A stretch of 37,785 nucleotides of DNA from Pontimonas sp. (GTDB lineage Bacteria > Actinomycetota > Actinomycetes > Actinomycetales > Microbacteriaceae), in assembly GCA_047633115.1 (NCBI GenBank), contig JBLIEN010000001.1, forward strand, positions 1 to 37,785, written 5' to 3'. The notes beneath the pieces were generated by a model. The model made no database searches. It was not told the origin of the DNA and was given only the letters and a program-made list of their open reading frames with translations. Position 1 is the first letter of the stretch. Each line of letters begins with the position of its first letter. Position numbers and translations under genes: made by a program. Of the stretch, positions 20,170-30,699 are shown piece after piece.

Positions 20170-20244
20170 TCCTTCAGTGTAAACGTGGGAATTCGGAACC
20201 TGCTGGCAAGTCCTGCTACCTCGAGAGCGCACGGTGACTGCTCA

Positions 20245-20258
20245 CGCTGGGGGCGAAC
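20245..20258. promoter_or_regulatory. ClgR-type operator upstream of clpC
   Basis: CGCTGGGGGCGAAC; its reverse complement GTTCGC-CCCCA-GCG fits the actinobacterial ClgR motif GTTCGC-N5-GCG. Confidence 0.62.
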
Positions 20259-20350
20259 AATGACCCAAAGACAGCGGGGGGCAATTACTGTCGTACTACG
20301 AGCAGCGATGAGGAGTCTCACCGCTACCGCCAAACTAAGGAGTACCGCAG

Positions 20351-22825
20351 ATGTTTGAGCGCTTTACCGACCGGGCCCGCCGAGTCGTTGTGTTGGCCCA
20401 AGAAGAAGCCAAGATGCTCAACCACAATTACATCGGCACCGAGCACATCCTCTTGGGTCTCATCCACGAGGGTGAGGGTGTCGCTGCCAAAGCTTTGGAA
20501 TCCCTCGATATTTCTTTAGAGGCGGTCCGCGAGCAGGTGCAGGAAATTATCGGTCAGGGCCAGCAGGCCCCCACCGGTCACATCCCTTTCACCCCGCGAG
20601 CTAAAAAGGTTTTAGAGCTCAGCCTGCGCGAAGCGTTGCAGCTGGGCCACAACTACATTGGCACCGAACATATTCTTTTGGGTCTCATCCGTGAAGGTGA
20701 AGGTGTTGCCGCTCAAGTGCTCGTGAAGCTTGGCGCTGACCTCAACCGCGTCCGCCAGCAAGTTATCCAGCTTCTCTCGGGCTACCAGGGCAAAGACCCG
20801 GTGTCCGTGGGAGGCTCCGAAACCTCCAGCGACAAAGGGTCTCAAGTCTTGGATCAGTTTGGTCGTAACCTCACGCACGCCGCACGCGAAGGCAAACTCG
20901 ATCCCGTTATTGGGCGCGAGCGCGAAATGGAACGCGTCATGCAAATTCTGTCCCGTCGGACCAAGAACAACCCTGTGTTGGTGGGCGAGCCCGGTGTGGG
21001 TAAGACTGCGGTGGTCGAAGGGTTAGCTCAAGCCATTGTCAAGGGAGACGTTCCAGAAACCCTCAAAGACAAGCAGCTTTATTCTCTTGACCTCGGTTCG
21101 CTTATCGCGGGCTCTCGTTACCGCGGTGACTTCGAAGAACGTTTGAAGAAGGTCATCAAGGAAATTCGCACCCGGGGTGACATCATCGTCTTCATCGATG
21201 AAATCCACACGCTGGTGGGCGCGGGCGCTGCCGAAGGCGCCATTGATGCCGCCAGTATCTTGAAGCCTTTACTGGCCAGAGGTGAGCTCCAGACCATCGG
21301 TGCCACCACGTCGGATGAGTACCGTAAGCACTTTGAAAAAGATGCTGCTTTGGAGCGTCGTTTCCAGTCCGTGCAGGTCAACCAACCTTCTCCCGCTCAC
21401 ACCATCAACATTTTGAAGGGCCTGCGGGATAAGTACGAAGCGTTCCACCGCGTCTCCATCACCGATGGTGCTATCGAGGCAGCCGTGAACATGGCGGATC
21501 GCTATGTTCAGGACCGCTTCCTGCCCGACAAGGCCATTGACCTTATCGACGAAGCGGGAGCTCGACTGCGCTTGTCGATTCTTTCCAGCCCACCCGAGTT
21601 GCGCGAGTTTGACGACAAAATCGCCGATGTCCGCTCCCGCAAAGAAGCAGCCATCGAGGGACAGGACTTCGAAAAAGCGGCCTCCCTGCGCGATGAGGAA
21701 AAAACCTTGCTGGGTGAGCGCTTGCAGTTAGAAAAGCAGTGGAGAAATGGCGAGGCCGGCGGTGTCGGTGTTGTCGACGAAGGCGTAATCGCGGAAGTGC
21801 TCGCGGCTGCGACAGGTATTCCTGTTTTCAAGCTCACCGAAGAAGAAACTGCGCGACTCATGTTTATGGAGAAAGCTCTGCACCAGAGGGTCATCGGCCA
21901 AGAGCAAGCGATCTCCGTGCTCTCGAAGACAATTCGTCGCACAAGGGCTGGGCTTAAAGACCCCAAGCGCCCCAGCGGTTCCTTCATTTTCGCCGGGCCG
22001 ACCGGCGTGGGAAAGACGGAGCTGGCCAAAGCATTGGCGGAGTTCCTCTTTGATGATGAAGATGCGCTGATTGCGCTCGACATGTCTGAGTATGGCGAAA
22101 AGCACACCGTATCGAGGCTTTTCGGCGCCCCTCCAGGATTTGTGGGGTTCGAAGAAGGTGGCCAGTTGACCGAAAAGGTTCGCCGCAAGCCCTTTAGTGT
22201 CGTGTTGTTTGACGAGATCGAGAAGGCACACCCTGATATTTTCAACTCGCTCTTGCAGGTCCTCGAAGAGGGACGCCTGACCGATGGTCAGGGTCGCGTT
22301 GTGGACTTCAAGAACACGGTCATTATCATGACGACAAACCTGGGAACAAAAGACATCACGGGTGGCCCGGTGGGCTTCACGCTAGAAGGCAACGGCGAGG
22401 TCAGCTACCAGGCCATGAGAGCCAAGGTTGTTGAAGAGCTGAAAAAGAACTTCAAACCTGAGTTCCTCAACCGCGTTGACGAAACCATCGTCTTCCCCCA
22501 GCTGACCGAAGATGAGCTGATGCAGATTGTCAATCTCTTCATCAAGCGCTTGGGTGACCGTTTGCTCGACCGCGACATCACCATGACGCTCGCGGAAGAT
22601 GCGCGCAAACAGCTCACTGTTCTCGGTTGGGATCCGACCATGGGGGCAAGACCGTTGCGTCGAGCTGTTCAACAACACGTGGAAGACGGTTTGAGTGAGC
22701 GCATCCTCCAGGGAGAGCTTTCACCCGGGGACAACGTGGATGTTGGTTTCGATGGGACCGACTTCACCTTTGCTGTGAGCAAGCGTGAAGTAGAGCCCGC
22801 TCCGGCAGGTGCCCTCGAGTCCTAA
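20351..22825 (+). CDS. clpC: ATP-dependent Clp protease ATP-binding subunit ClpC
   Basis: [13 protein letters not shown]-terminus, two Clp-N repeats, GEPGVGKT and [11 protein letters not shown] linker; AAGGAG RBS. Confidence 0.98.
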   Translation: MFERFTDRARRVVVLAQEEAKMLNHNYIGTEHILLGLIHEGEGVAAKALESLDISLEAVREQVQEIIGQGQQAPTGHIPFTPRAKKVLELSLREALQLGHNYIGTEHILLGLIREGEGVAAQVLVKLGADLNRVRQQVIQLLSGYQGKDPVSVGGSETSSDKGSQVLDQFGRNLTHAAREGKLDPVIGREREMERVMQILSRRTKNNPVLVGEPGVGKTAVVEGLAQAIVKGDVPETLKDKQLYSLDLGSLIAGSRYRGDFEERLKKVIKEIRTRGDIIVFIDEIHTLVGAGAAEGAIDAASILKPLLARGELQTIGATTSDEYRKHFEKDAALERRFQSVQVNQPSPAHTINILKGLRDKYEAFHRVSITDGAIEAAVNMADRYVQDRFLPDKAIDLIDEAGARLRLSILSSPPELREFDDKIADVRSRKEAAIEGQDFEKAASLRDEEKTLLGERLQLEKQWRNGEAGGVGVVDEGVIAEVLAAATGIPVFKLTEEETARLMFMEKALHQRVIGQEQAISVLSKTIRRTRAGLKDPKRPSGSFIFAGPTGVGKTELAKALAEFLFDDEDALIALDMSEYGEKHTVSRLFGAPPGFVGFEEGGQLTEKVRRKPFSVVLFDEIEKAHPDIFNSLLQVLEEGRLTDGQGRVVDFKNTVIIMTTNLGTKDITGGPVGFTLEGNGEVSYQAMRAKVVEELKKNFKPEFLNRVDETIVFPQLTEDELMQIVNLFIKRLGDRLLDRDITMTLAEDARKQLTVLGWDPTMGARPLRRAVQQHVEDGLSERILQGELSPGDNVDVGFDGTDFTFAVSKREVEPAPAGALES

Positions 22826-22841
22826 CCAGTACGCTGGCGAC

Positions 22842-23354
22842 GTGACGTCAGAAGATTCTTGGGTGGTGAGAGCTGCAACCACGGCGGATATTCGCCCCAT
22901 TGCAGCTCTCATCCAGCCTCTTGTGGATTCTCGTATTCTTCTGGGGAAAGACCTGGTGGTCCTCTTTGAAGCGGTTCAAGAATTTACGGTCGCCGTGGAT
23001 TTTCAAGCCCAAGTTGTGGGCTGTGGCGCGCTTCACGCTTTTTGGGAAGACCTGGGAGAAATTAGAACTCTGAGCGTTGACCCTCGGGTTCAGGGACAAG
23101 GCGTGGGTCACCAGCTCCTTCAGGAGTTGGAGAACCAGGCGAGGCAACTGGGCCTCACACGGTTGTTTTGCCTCACTTTTGAGGTGGAATTCTTTACCTC
23201 TCACGGGTTTGTCTCCCACGACAATCTCTTGGTCGACCCTGAAGTGTATGCCGAGATGGTGCGCTCACCTGATGAAGGCCTCGCAGAGTTTCTTAATTTG
23301 GCGCGTGTGAAACCTAATACGCTGGGCAATTCCCGAATGGTGAAGAACCTGTAG
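22842..23354 (+). CDS. argA: Short GNAT-type amino-acid N-acetyltransferase (N-acetylglutamate synthase)
   Basis: GCGALH..WEDLGEIRTL, GQGVG, LFCLTFEV, DEG.AEFL and LGNSRM; GTG at 22842. Confidence 0.85.
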   Translation: MTSEDSWVVRAATTADIRPIAALIQPLVDSRILLGKDLVVLFEAVQEFTVAVDFQAQVVGCGALHAFWEDLGEIRTLSVDPRVQGQGVGHQLLQELENQARQLGLTRLFCLTFEVEFFTSHGFVSHDNLLVDPEVYAEMVRSPDEGLAEFLNLARVKPNTLGNSRMVKNL

Positions 23355-23377
23355 GGAGGCTGTGGGTCTTCAGGCTC

Positions 23378-23400
23378 GCCGGGGCAAAAGCCCTGGCTTT
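23378..23400 (+). terminator. Probable intrinsic terminator after clpC-argA
   Basis: GCCGGGGC-AAAA-GCCCTGGC followed by TTT. Confidence 0.55.
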
Positions 23401-23426
23401 AGGCTCCTCAGCCGTACTCTGGGTCT

Positions 23427-24005
23427 ATGTCTCAGGCACAACGACCCGTATCGGCGAACATATATTGGCGCAGGCGCCTCGCCGTTTTGGGTGGACTTGC
23501 CGCGATTATCGGGGTTGTCGTTTTAATCATTGTTCAGCCGGGGTCTGGCGGCACGTCGTCCCCCGAGCCTGAGACCGAAATGGCTCTGCCAGTGGCTGTC
23601 TCCCCGGATTGCCTGTCGAGCCAAATCGAACTCACCGCGAGGACTGATCAGTCCAATTACAGCCCAGGCGTTGCTCCCCAACTGTGGCTGAGGGTGACAA
23701 ACATCTCTGGGCTGGAGTGCACAATAGCCGTGGGGACCGATCAGCAACGCTATGTGGTCACCTCAGGCGATGATGAGATTTGGGCTTCTGATGATTGTCA
23801 GACAGCGTTTGTGCCTATGGACATCACTCTGGCCCCGGGCGAGGCGCAAGAGACAACTCCACTCGCCTGGGACCGTACCCGTTCAGCGACCGACACGTGT
23901 GAGGGCAATCGACCGGAGATGAAAGCTGAAGGATCCAGCTATCACCTCACCACTTACCTGGGGGACATCGTCTCCGCTGAAACAAAGCAGTTCCTGCTCG
24001 ACTAG
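23427..24005 (+). CDS. Membrane-anchored hypothetical protein (Rv3587c-like)
   Basis: IYWRRR followed by a TM helix, a Cys-containing beta-rich ectodomain, WASDDC and WDRTRS; convergent on radA. Confidence 0.78.
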   Translation: MSQAQRPVSANIYWRRRLAVLGGLAAIIGVVVLIIVQPGSGGTSSPEPETEMALPVAVSPDCLSSQIELTARTDQSNYSPGVAPQLWLRVTNISGLECTIAVGTDQQRYVVTSGDDEIWASDDCQTAFVPMDITLAPGEAQETTPLAWDRTRSATDTCEGNRPEMKAEGSSYHLTTYLGDIVSAETKQFLLD

Positions 24006-25354
24006 TAGTTGGGCTGTTGTTGACGCTGGGGGCTTTTCGCAAAAGCATCGGCGATAGCGTTGCTAATGCTTGTGTGGGACTGGTCTAAGACGATGTTAAA
24101 TCCGAGCCTTTGTGCTTCATTGATGCGTTGTGCAGACTGCGAGGCGGGCCGAATTTCTCCCGCCAGGCTAATTTCACCAATAGCCACAGTCGTGTTGGAA
24201 AGCGGAATGTCCTTAGCGGCGCTCGCTACCGCGAGAGCGATGGCGAGATCGGCACCTGGTTCGTGGAGGCGTATGCCCCCCACGGTAGAGACATATACAT
24301 CCGCTGAAGACAGGGGGATTCCAGCCCTTCGCTCCAACACCGCCAGTAACATCGCGACTCTGGAGGATTCAACGCCATTAACGACGCGCCTGGGTTGTGG
24401 GGCACCGCTGGGAACAACCAGCGCCTGAACCTCGACAGGGAGCGCTCTTCTTCCTTCAAGGGCAACCGTGGTGCAGGTTCCGCTCACGGGGTTGCCCGAA
24501 GTGGAGCGAAACAGGCCGCTGGGGTCGGCGACCTCCAGAATGCCATCACCGCTCATCTCAAAACACCCCACCTCGTCAGTCGGGCCAAAACGATTCTTAA
24601 GGGCTCGGACGAATCGCAGCGCAGTCTGCCGATCGCCCTCGAATTGACACACAACATCGACCAAATGCTCGAGCGTCCGGGGGCCCGCAACTTGGCCATC
24701 TTTCGTGACATGGCCTACCAAAATGATGGGGATTGTGGTGTCTTTGGCTACTCGAATCAGGGTGGCTGCCACCTCTCTGACTTGAGCTACGCCCCCGGCA
24801 GAACCGTCGATGAGACCCGAGGAGAGGGTTTGTACGGAGTCAATAATGACCAGGTCTGGTCTCAGAGATTCGATGTGGCCTAAAACGAGACCAAGGTCCG
24901 TGTCGTTGGCTAAAAGAAGACGTTCGTGAAGGCCACCCGTTCTCGTGGCTCGCAGGTGAACCTGGCCAGCAGATTCTTCAGCGCTGACATACAATACACA
25001 CTTCCCGTGGGTCGCGACCTTGGCTGCGACATCGAGCAGGAGTGTTGATTTCCCGACACCCGGTTCGCCGGACAACAAAATGACCGCCCCGGGGACTATT
25101 CCACCCCCGAGCACGCGATCAAACTCGCTGATCCCTGTGGGTCGGTGGCCACTTTCCTCTCCGGAGTACTCCGTGATGGGCTTGGCTACGCGCTCGCCAA
25201 GGGGGATCACGGGCTTGACTTGCCTTGATTTAGTGGTGGGTGCTGCTGCTTCGACAACCGTTCCCCACGACTGACATTCTCCGCAACGCCCTACCCACTT
25301 GAAGGCTGTCCACCCACACTCTTCACACCGATAAGGCGCTTCATTTTTTGCCAT
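24002..25354 (-). CDS. radA: DNA repair protein RadA/Sms
   Basis: C4 zinc finger, GEPGVGKST, KNRFG and Lon-like C-terminus. Confidence 0.97.
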   Translation of the reverse strand: MAKNEAPYRCEECGWTAFKWVGRCGECQSWGTVVEAAAPTTKSRQVKPVIPLGERVAKPITEYSGEESGHRPTGISEFDRVLGGGIVPGAVILLSGEPGVGKSTLLLDVAAKVATHGKCVLYVSAEESAGQVHLRATRTGGLHERLLLANDTDLGLVLGHIESLRPDLVIIDSVQTLSSGLIDGSAGGVAQVREVAATLIRVAKDTTIPIILVGHVTKDGQVAGPRTLEHLVDVVCQFEGDRQTALRFVRALKNRFGPTDEVGCFEMSGDGILEVADPSGLFRSTSGNPVSGTCTTVALEGRRALPVEVQALVVPSGAPQPRRVVNGVESSRVAMLLAVLERRAGIPLSSADVYVSTVGGIRLHEPGADLAIALAVASAAKDIPLSNTTVAIGEISLAGEIRPASQSAQRINEAQRLGFNIVLDQSHTSISNAIADAFAKSPQRQQQPNY

Positions 25355-25423
25355 GATGGGAGCCTACGGCCCGCAACTGACCAAGGCTGAAGCCGGTCCG
25401 GGTGTCTGTGTAAACTTAGTCCC

Positions 25424-25513
25424 GGTACCGTGTCCGAGCGGCCGAAGGTGCAACTCTCGAAAAGTTGTGTGGGTGAAAGTCCACCGTGGGTTCAAATCCC
25501 ACCGGTACCGCCA
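25424..25513 (+). tRNA. tRNA-Ser(CGA), CCA encoded
   Basis: GGTACCG acceptor stem, CAACT-CTCGAAA-AGTTG anticodon arm, long variable arm and GGTTCAAATCC; TAAACT -10 at 25411-25416. Confidence 0.96.
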
Positions 25514-26262
25514 AGCCGTGTTTCGATTATTGCTGCAACTTGCACCAAGCGCTGAGCAAGAGCGGGTATAGAGCTTTCCACTTTTTCTTTGGCTCCGGTG
25601 ATGGCTATGGCTGCCACCGGCCACCCTGTGTAATCTCGAATCACCGTGGCGACGGAAAAGAACCCCGGTGAAATTTCTTCATCCTCAATGGACCACCCGC
25701 GTTGTCGGGTTTGCTGGAGCAGGTCACGCAGTTCCCGGACGCTCTTTGGCCCGTGACTGTGTCGGACGGGAAGGGGAGCTGATCCGTCAGGGTAGAGCGC
25801 TCGCATTTGATTTTTGGGCAACTGGGCGAGTATCGCGCGCCCCGTGGCGGTGAGGTGGGCGGGCAATCTAACCCCGACATCGCTCACTAACCAGGGCCCC
25901 TGGCTAGAGCGTTCCTCAACCAGGTAGATGACGTCGGGGCCGTGAAGGACCGCCAGGTGACTTCCCACGTGGAGATCCTGGGCGAGCTGGCGTAGGAGCT
26001 GTGCTGATACGAGAACTAAGGGTTGTTGCTTTGCGTAACCGCTTCCAATTTCAAAAGCCCTCACCCCAAGCCCCCATGTTCTCTCGGCGGGAAAATGTAT
26101 GGCAAATCCGCGATCAGAGAGCGATTCCAGCAACTGGTACGTCGTAGAGCGGGGAATCTCGAGTGTTCTGGCGATGACAGCAGCGGGAACAGGGCCTTTC
26201 CCGTGGGAGAGGAAATCCAGGATGGCTAACACGTGGCGGGCGGCAGGGGATTTTCCCGGCAT
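25492..26262 (-). CDS. hutR: IclR-family regulator of histidine utilisation (HutR-like)
   Basis: N-terminal HTH (IPRSTTYQLL), RLPAHLTATGRAIL and RGWSIEDEE; divergent from hutH. Confidence 0.88.
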   Translation of the reverse strand: MPGKSPAARHVLAILDFLSHGKGPVPAAVIARTLEIPRSTTYQLLESLSDRGFAIHFPAERTWGLGVRAFEIGSGYAKQQPLVLVSAQLLRQLAQDLHVGSHLAVLHGPDVIYLVEERSSQGPWLVSDVGVRLPAHLTATGRAILAQLPKNQMRALYPDGSAPLPVRHSHGPKSVRELRDLLQQTRQRGWSIEDEEISPGFFSVATVIRDYTGWPVAAIAITGAKEKVESSIPALAQRLVQVAAIIETRLGGTGGI

Positions 26263-26278
26263 CGCGAACTCCCTTCAC

Positions 26279-26294
26279 GTCCGAGATACCGGAC
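26279..26294. promoter_or_regulatory. Palindromic HutR operator candidate
   Basis: GTCCG-AGATAC-CGGAC between hutR and hutH; resembles the corynebacterial HutR motif TCTGwwATwCCAGA. Confidence 0.65.
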
Positions 26295-26348
26295 ATATTT
26301 TGTCCCTGGACCCATTGTAGGGACAGCACTTGGGTGTGGAATCAGAGT

Positions 26349-27884
26349 ATGAAGAAGATCCCAGGGATTGTGGTGACCGGTGAAGCGCTCTCCGTCGAGG
26401 AAGTTACGCAGGTGGCCCGCGACTACGAGAGTGTCACTCTCGACCGGGATGCCCGGGAACATGTCGCGCGCCGCCGGGACATCATCGACAGCAAGGCAGC
26501 CGATCCGCAGCCCCATTACGGGGTGTCGACGGGATTTGGCGCGCTTGCCACCACCTACATCAGTGTGGACCGAAGACGTCAACTTCAGTTGAGCCTCATT
26601 CGATCCCATGCGGCAGGAACAGGGAGAGAGGTTGATACCGAAGTGGTGCGCGCGCTCATGCTTTTGAGGCTTCGGACCCTCATGAGCGGCTATACGGGAG
26701 TGCGACCAGAAGTTTGCGATATGTATGCGGCGATGCTGAACCATCGCATTACCCCTGTGGTCTACGAATTTGGCTCACTCGGTTGCTCCGGTGATTTAGC
26801 CCCGCTTGCGCATGTTGCACTGGTTGCCATTGGCGACGGAGAGGCAAGAATTGAAGGAGGACCGATTATGCCGGGCGCTGAGGCCTTGGCCACCGCGGGT
26901 CTTACTCCATTGGAGTTGCAGGAGAAAGAGGGCTTGGCTCTCATCAATGGAACTGACGGAATGCTCGGATGTTTAGCTCTGGCTATTCACGATGTCACGT
27001 CCCTGCTGGTGACAGCTGATGCGGCAGCGGCCATGAGCGTGGAGTCCCTGATGGCCACAGACCGGGTATTTCAAGAGGATGTTCAACGCCTCCGGCCCCA
27101 TCCAGGCCAACTCGAAAGCGCTCGCCGGATGGCTCGTGTTCTGCGCGGTTCCCCCCTCGTGGCTTCCCATAAGGGATCCGAAGACGGCCGAGTCCAAGAC
27201 GCCTACTCTCTGCGATGCTCTCCCCAAGTTCATGGCGCAGCTCGAGCTACCTTGACCCACGCGACACAGGTGGCTGATGTGGAACTCGCAAGTGCCATCG
27301 ACAATCCCGTCCTCACCGATGAAGGGCTCCTGCAGTCGAATGGAAATTTCCATGGAGCCCCCTTGGCGTATGTGCTGGATTTCTTAGCGATCGTGTTGGC
27401 CGATGTTGCGAGTATCAGCGAGCGCCGAACGGACAGGTTCTTGGATGTGTCGCGAAATCAGGGTTTACCCCCTTTTCTTGCGCACGAAGTAGGCGTCGAC
27501 TCGGGCCTCATGATCGCTCAGTACACAGCCGCAGCAATTGTGAGCGACCTCAAACGGCTTGCCCAACCTGCCTCGGTGGACTCGATTCCTTCTTCAGCAC
27601 TTCAGGAAGATCACGTGTCCATGGGATGGCACTCCGCGATGAAACTCCGGAGCGCAATAGATGGACTCGGTCGAGTATTAGCTATCGAACTCCTGACTGC
27701 GTCGTGGGGACAGTCTCTGAGAGCGCCCTTGATGCCGGGTCCTATTACCGGCGCGATAGCGCAGAAGGTCATTGAGGTCGCGGGACCCGTGGGGCAAGAT
27801 AAGTTCCTGGCACCCGTCATCGAGGGCGTGTATCGCCTGGTGCGCGAGAGGAAAATTACGGAAATAGTTGAGGGGATGGTCTGA
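26349..27884 (+). CDS. hutH: Histidine ammonia-lyase
   Basis: [37 protein letters not shown] and QEDHVSMG. Confidence 0.96.
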   Translation: MKKIPGIVVTGEALSVEEVTQVARDYESVTLDRDAREHVARRRDIIDSKAADPQPHYGVSTGFGALATTYISVDRRRQLQLSLIRSHAAGTGREVDTEVVRALMLLRLRTLMSGYTGVRPEVCDMYAAMLNHRITPVVYEFGSLGCSGDLAPLAHVALVAIGDGEARIEGGPIMPGAEALATAGLTPLELQEKEGLALINGTDGMLGCLALAIHDVTSLLVTADAAAAMSVESLMATDRVFQEDVQRLRPHPGQLESARRMARVLRGSPLVASHKGSEDGRVQDAYSLRCSPQVHGAARATLTHATQVADVELASAIDNPVLTDEGLLQSNGNFHGAPLAYVLDFLAIVLADVASISERRTDRFLDVSRNQGLPPFLAHEVGVDSGLMIAQYTAAAIVSDLKRLAQPASVDSIPSSALQEDHVSMGWHSAMKLRSAIDGLGRVLAIELLTASWGQSLRAPLMPGPITGAIAQKVIEVAGPVGQDKFLAPVIEGVYRLVRERKITEIVEGMV

Positions 27885-29488
27885 TGAAGAGAGTCGTTCG
27901 AGCTCCACGAGGTGCCGAGAAGACGGCCAAGACGTGGCAGGCAGAAGGCGCCATGAGAATGTTGATGAACAATCTGGATCCCGAGGTAGCGGAGCACCCC
28001 GAGGACCTCATCGTGTATGGGGGAACAGGCAAAGCCGCAAGAAATTGGGAATCCTTTGACGCGATTATTAAGGCCCTCACAGAGTTAGAACCAGACGAGA
28101 CGCTATTGGTCCAGTCGGGCAAGCCTGTAGGAATATTCCGCACTCATGAGTGGGCCCCCAGAGTCTTAATCGCAAACTCGAACCTCGTGGGGGATTGGGC
28201 TACCTGGCCGGAATTTCGCCGACTAGAGGCACTGGGATTGACCATGTACGGCCAGATGACGGCGGGATCCTGGATTTACATCGGCACCCAAGGAATTCTT
28301 CAAGGAACGTATGAAACCTTCGGTGCTGTTGCGCGCGAACATTTTGGCGGGACATTGGCCGGAACCCTCACTCTCACTGGAGGATGTGGGGGAATGGGAG
28401 GGGCTCAACCCCTGGCCGTCACGCTCAACGAGGGAGTTGTCATCATTGTCGATGTCGATGAGTCGCGGCTGGAGAGAAGAGTCGAGCACGGGTATCTCGA
28501 CTTCACGACAACGGACATTGACGAAGCAATCGAGGTAGCACTTCTGGCGAAAAAAGAGGCGCGCCCGTACTCTGTTGGTCTTTTAGGAAACGCCGCAGAA
28601 GTGTTCCCTGAACTGCGACGACGAGAAATTCCCATCGATATCGTCACAGACCAGACCAGCGCACATGATCCTTTGGCGTACCTCCCCGCCGGCATGAAAA
28701 TCGACCAATGGGAAAAACACAGGGAAAAAGATCCCGAGGGCTTTACTGCCCAATCACGTAAGGCCATGGCGACACAGGTCGAAGCAATGGTGGATTTCAT
28801 GGACGCGGGCGCAGTTGTGTTCGATTATGGAAACTCGATTCGCGCAGAGGCGAAACTCGGCGGTTTCGAGAGGGCCTTTGATTTCCCAGGATTCGTCCCC
28901 GCCTACATCAGACCATTGTTCGCCGAGGGAAAGGGTCCCTTTCGGTGGGTAGCGCTTTCGGGCGATCCAGAGGACATCCGCAAGACAGACCAGGCCATTC
29001 TTGAGCTTTTCCCCGATGATTCCCACCTGGCGCGATGGATTGAGCGAGCGGGGGAAAGAGTCCGGTTTGAGGGGTTGCCCGCCCGTTTCAATGAAATGGT
29101 CGCCAGCGGGGAGTTGTCGGCACCGATTGTCATCGGCCGAGACCACCTTGATTCCGGAAGTGTTGCTTCTCCCTATCGCGAGACGGAAGCAATGGCGGAT
29201 GGGTCAGATGCCATTGCGGACTGGCCGATTCTCAATGCTTTACTCAATACAGCTTCGGGTGCGTCTTGGGTGTCACTGCACCATGGGGGAGGGGTAGGAA
29301 TCGGTCGTTCCATCCACGCCGGACAGGTCGTAGTGGCCGATGGGACCGAGCTATCGGCTCAAAGAATCGAACGGGTGCTGACTAATGACCCTGGAACCGG
29401 GGTCATGCGTCACGTCGATGCCGGGTATGACAGGGCAAAAGAGGTAGCCAGGGAACGTGGTTTGAAGATTCCCATGGGTCTCGAGTGA
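27884..29488 (+). CDS. hutU: Urocanate hydratase carrying an internal in-frame deletion (activity doubtful)
   Basis: [32 protein letters not shown] and HHGGGVG are present; GLPAR is joined directly to FNEMV. Confidence 0.92.
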   Translation: MKRVVRAPRGAEKTAKTWQAEGAMRMLMNNLDPEVAEHPEDLIVYGGTGKAARNWESFDAIIKALTELEPDETLLVQSGKPVGIFRTHEWAPRVLIANSNLVGDWATWPEFRRLEALGLTMYGQMTAGSWIYIGTQGILQGTYETFGAVAREHFGGTLAGTLTLTGGCGGMGGAQPLAVTLNEGVVIIVDVDESRLERRVEHGYLDFTTTDIDEAIEVALLAKKEARPYSVGLLGNAAEVFPELRRREIPIDIVTDQTSAHDPLAYLPAGMKIDQWEKHREKDPEGFTAQSRKAMATQVEAMVDFMDAGAVVFDYGNSIRAEAKLGGFERAFDFPGFVPAYIRPLFAEGKGPFRWVALSGDPEDIRKTDQAILELFPDDSHLARWIERAGERVRFEGLPARFNEMVASGELSAPIVIGRDHLDSGSVASPYRETEAMADGSDAIADWPILNALLNTASGASWVSLHHGGGVGIGRSIHAGQVVVADGTELSAQRIERVLTNDPGTGVMRHVDAGYDRAKEVARERGLKIPMGLE

Positions 29489-30699
29489 GCTCACCCCTTT
29501 TATTGACCGACATCGGTCAATTGGTCACCTGCACCGGAAGCGCCGGTTCAGGGGAGGCGTCCCTCGGCGTTTCCCACAACACCTCTGTCCTGATTCAGGA
29601 CGGGCTGATTAGGGGGATTGGCCCCGACGACGACGCCGTAAAGGGTGCAGTTGCGTCAGAGGTCGACACACTTTCGATGGACAGCCAGGTGGTGATTCCT
29701 GGTTTTGTGGACTCCCACACGCACATCGTCTTTGGTGGCGATCGCGTTGTGGAATTTAATGCCCGGATGTCTGGAGCCCCCTACATCGCGGGGGGAATCG
29801 GCAATACCGTGTCCGCTACTCGCAGAGCTTCGAAGGGCGCCCTGGTGAGCAATGCGTCCGCCCTGCGGGAAGAAATGCTCCTTTCTGGTTCCACCACCGT
29901 GGAAGTTAAGTCCGGCTATGGCCTCACCGTTGAGCACGAGAAGCGCTCTCTTGAGGTCGCTCAGACAATTACCGACCAGGTGACGTTTTTGGGGGGCCAT
30001 CTGGTCCCGGAAGAATACGCTGGCGACCCCGAGAGTTATGTAGACGCGGTCTGTGGACCCATGTTGGAGCACTGCGCACCGTACGCTCGCTTTGTAGATG
30101 TTTTCCTTGAAAAGGGAGCGTTTGATGCCCATCAGGCGCGACGGGTGCTCACGGCAGGTGTGGCCCAGGGGCTAATCCCCACCCTTCATGCCAGCCAATT
30201 AGGGCCAGGAGAGGGTGCGAAAATCGCCCTCGAGGTGGGGGCGGCGTCACTCTCTCACGGAAATCACCTGACGAAGTCGGATATACAACTGCTGCGGGGA
30301 AGTCGCGTTGTCGTGACAGCATTGCCTGGTACTGATTTCTCCACTGCAGGAAAATATCTTGATGTTCGCCCCCTACATGAAGCAGGCATCACCGTATCTT
30401 TGGCCAGCAACTGCAACCCTGGCTCAAGTTTTAGCTCCTCGATGTTGTTCATGATTGCTCTCGCCGTGCGAGAAATGTCGATGTCCCCCGCGGACGCTGT
30501 ATGGTCCGCGACTGCGGGCGGGGCCGCTGCGTTGCGCTTAATGGACAGAGGGCAAATTCGGGTGGGCGCGCGAGCAGACATGATTCAACTAGCGGCACCG
30601 GATTACGCGTATGTGGCTTATCGCCCCGGGGTAGATCTGGTGCGACGAGTCTTTCTCCACGGCGAGTTGGTGGTGGAAAAATCTAGGGACGTTCGTTGA
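29485..30699 (+). CDS. hutI: Imidazolonepropionase
   Basis: [30 protein letters not shown] and CNPGSS. Confidence 0.93.
   Translation: MSSPLLLTDIGQLVTCTGSAGSGEASLGVSHNTSVLIQDGLIRGIGPDDDAVKGAVASEVDTLSMDSQVVIPGFVDSHTHIVFGGDRVVEFNARMSGAPYIAGGIGNTVSATRRASKGALVSNASALREEMLLSGSTTVEVKSGYGLTVEHEKRSLEVAQTITDQVTFLGGHLVPEEYAGDPESYVDAVCGPMLEHCAPYARFVDVFLEKGAFDAHQARRVLTAGVAQGLIPTLHASQLGPGEGAKIALEVGAASLSHGNHLTKSDIQLLRGSRVVVTALPGTDFSTAGKYLDVRPLHEAGITVSLASNCNPGSSFSSSMLFMIALAVREMSMSPADAVWSATAGGAAALRLMDRGQIRVGARADMIQLAAPDYAYVAYRPGVDLVRRVFLHGELVVEKSRDVR

Noticed and set aside
20073-20333. 86-aa minus-strand ORF from the track
   Set aside because: It has no motif or RBS and overlaps the better-supported 34-aa ORF and the clpC regulatory region.
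21508-22245. Long antisense ORFs inside clpC, and similar ones in ftsH, lysS and the SDR gene
   Set aside because: These are shadow frames expected from GC-rich codon usage opposite conserved genes.
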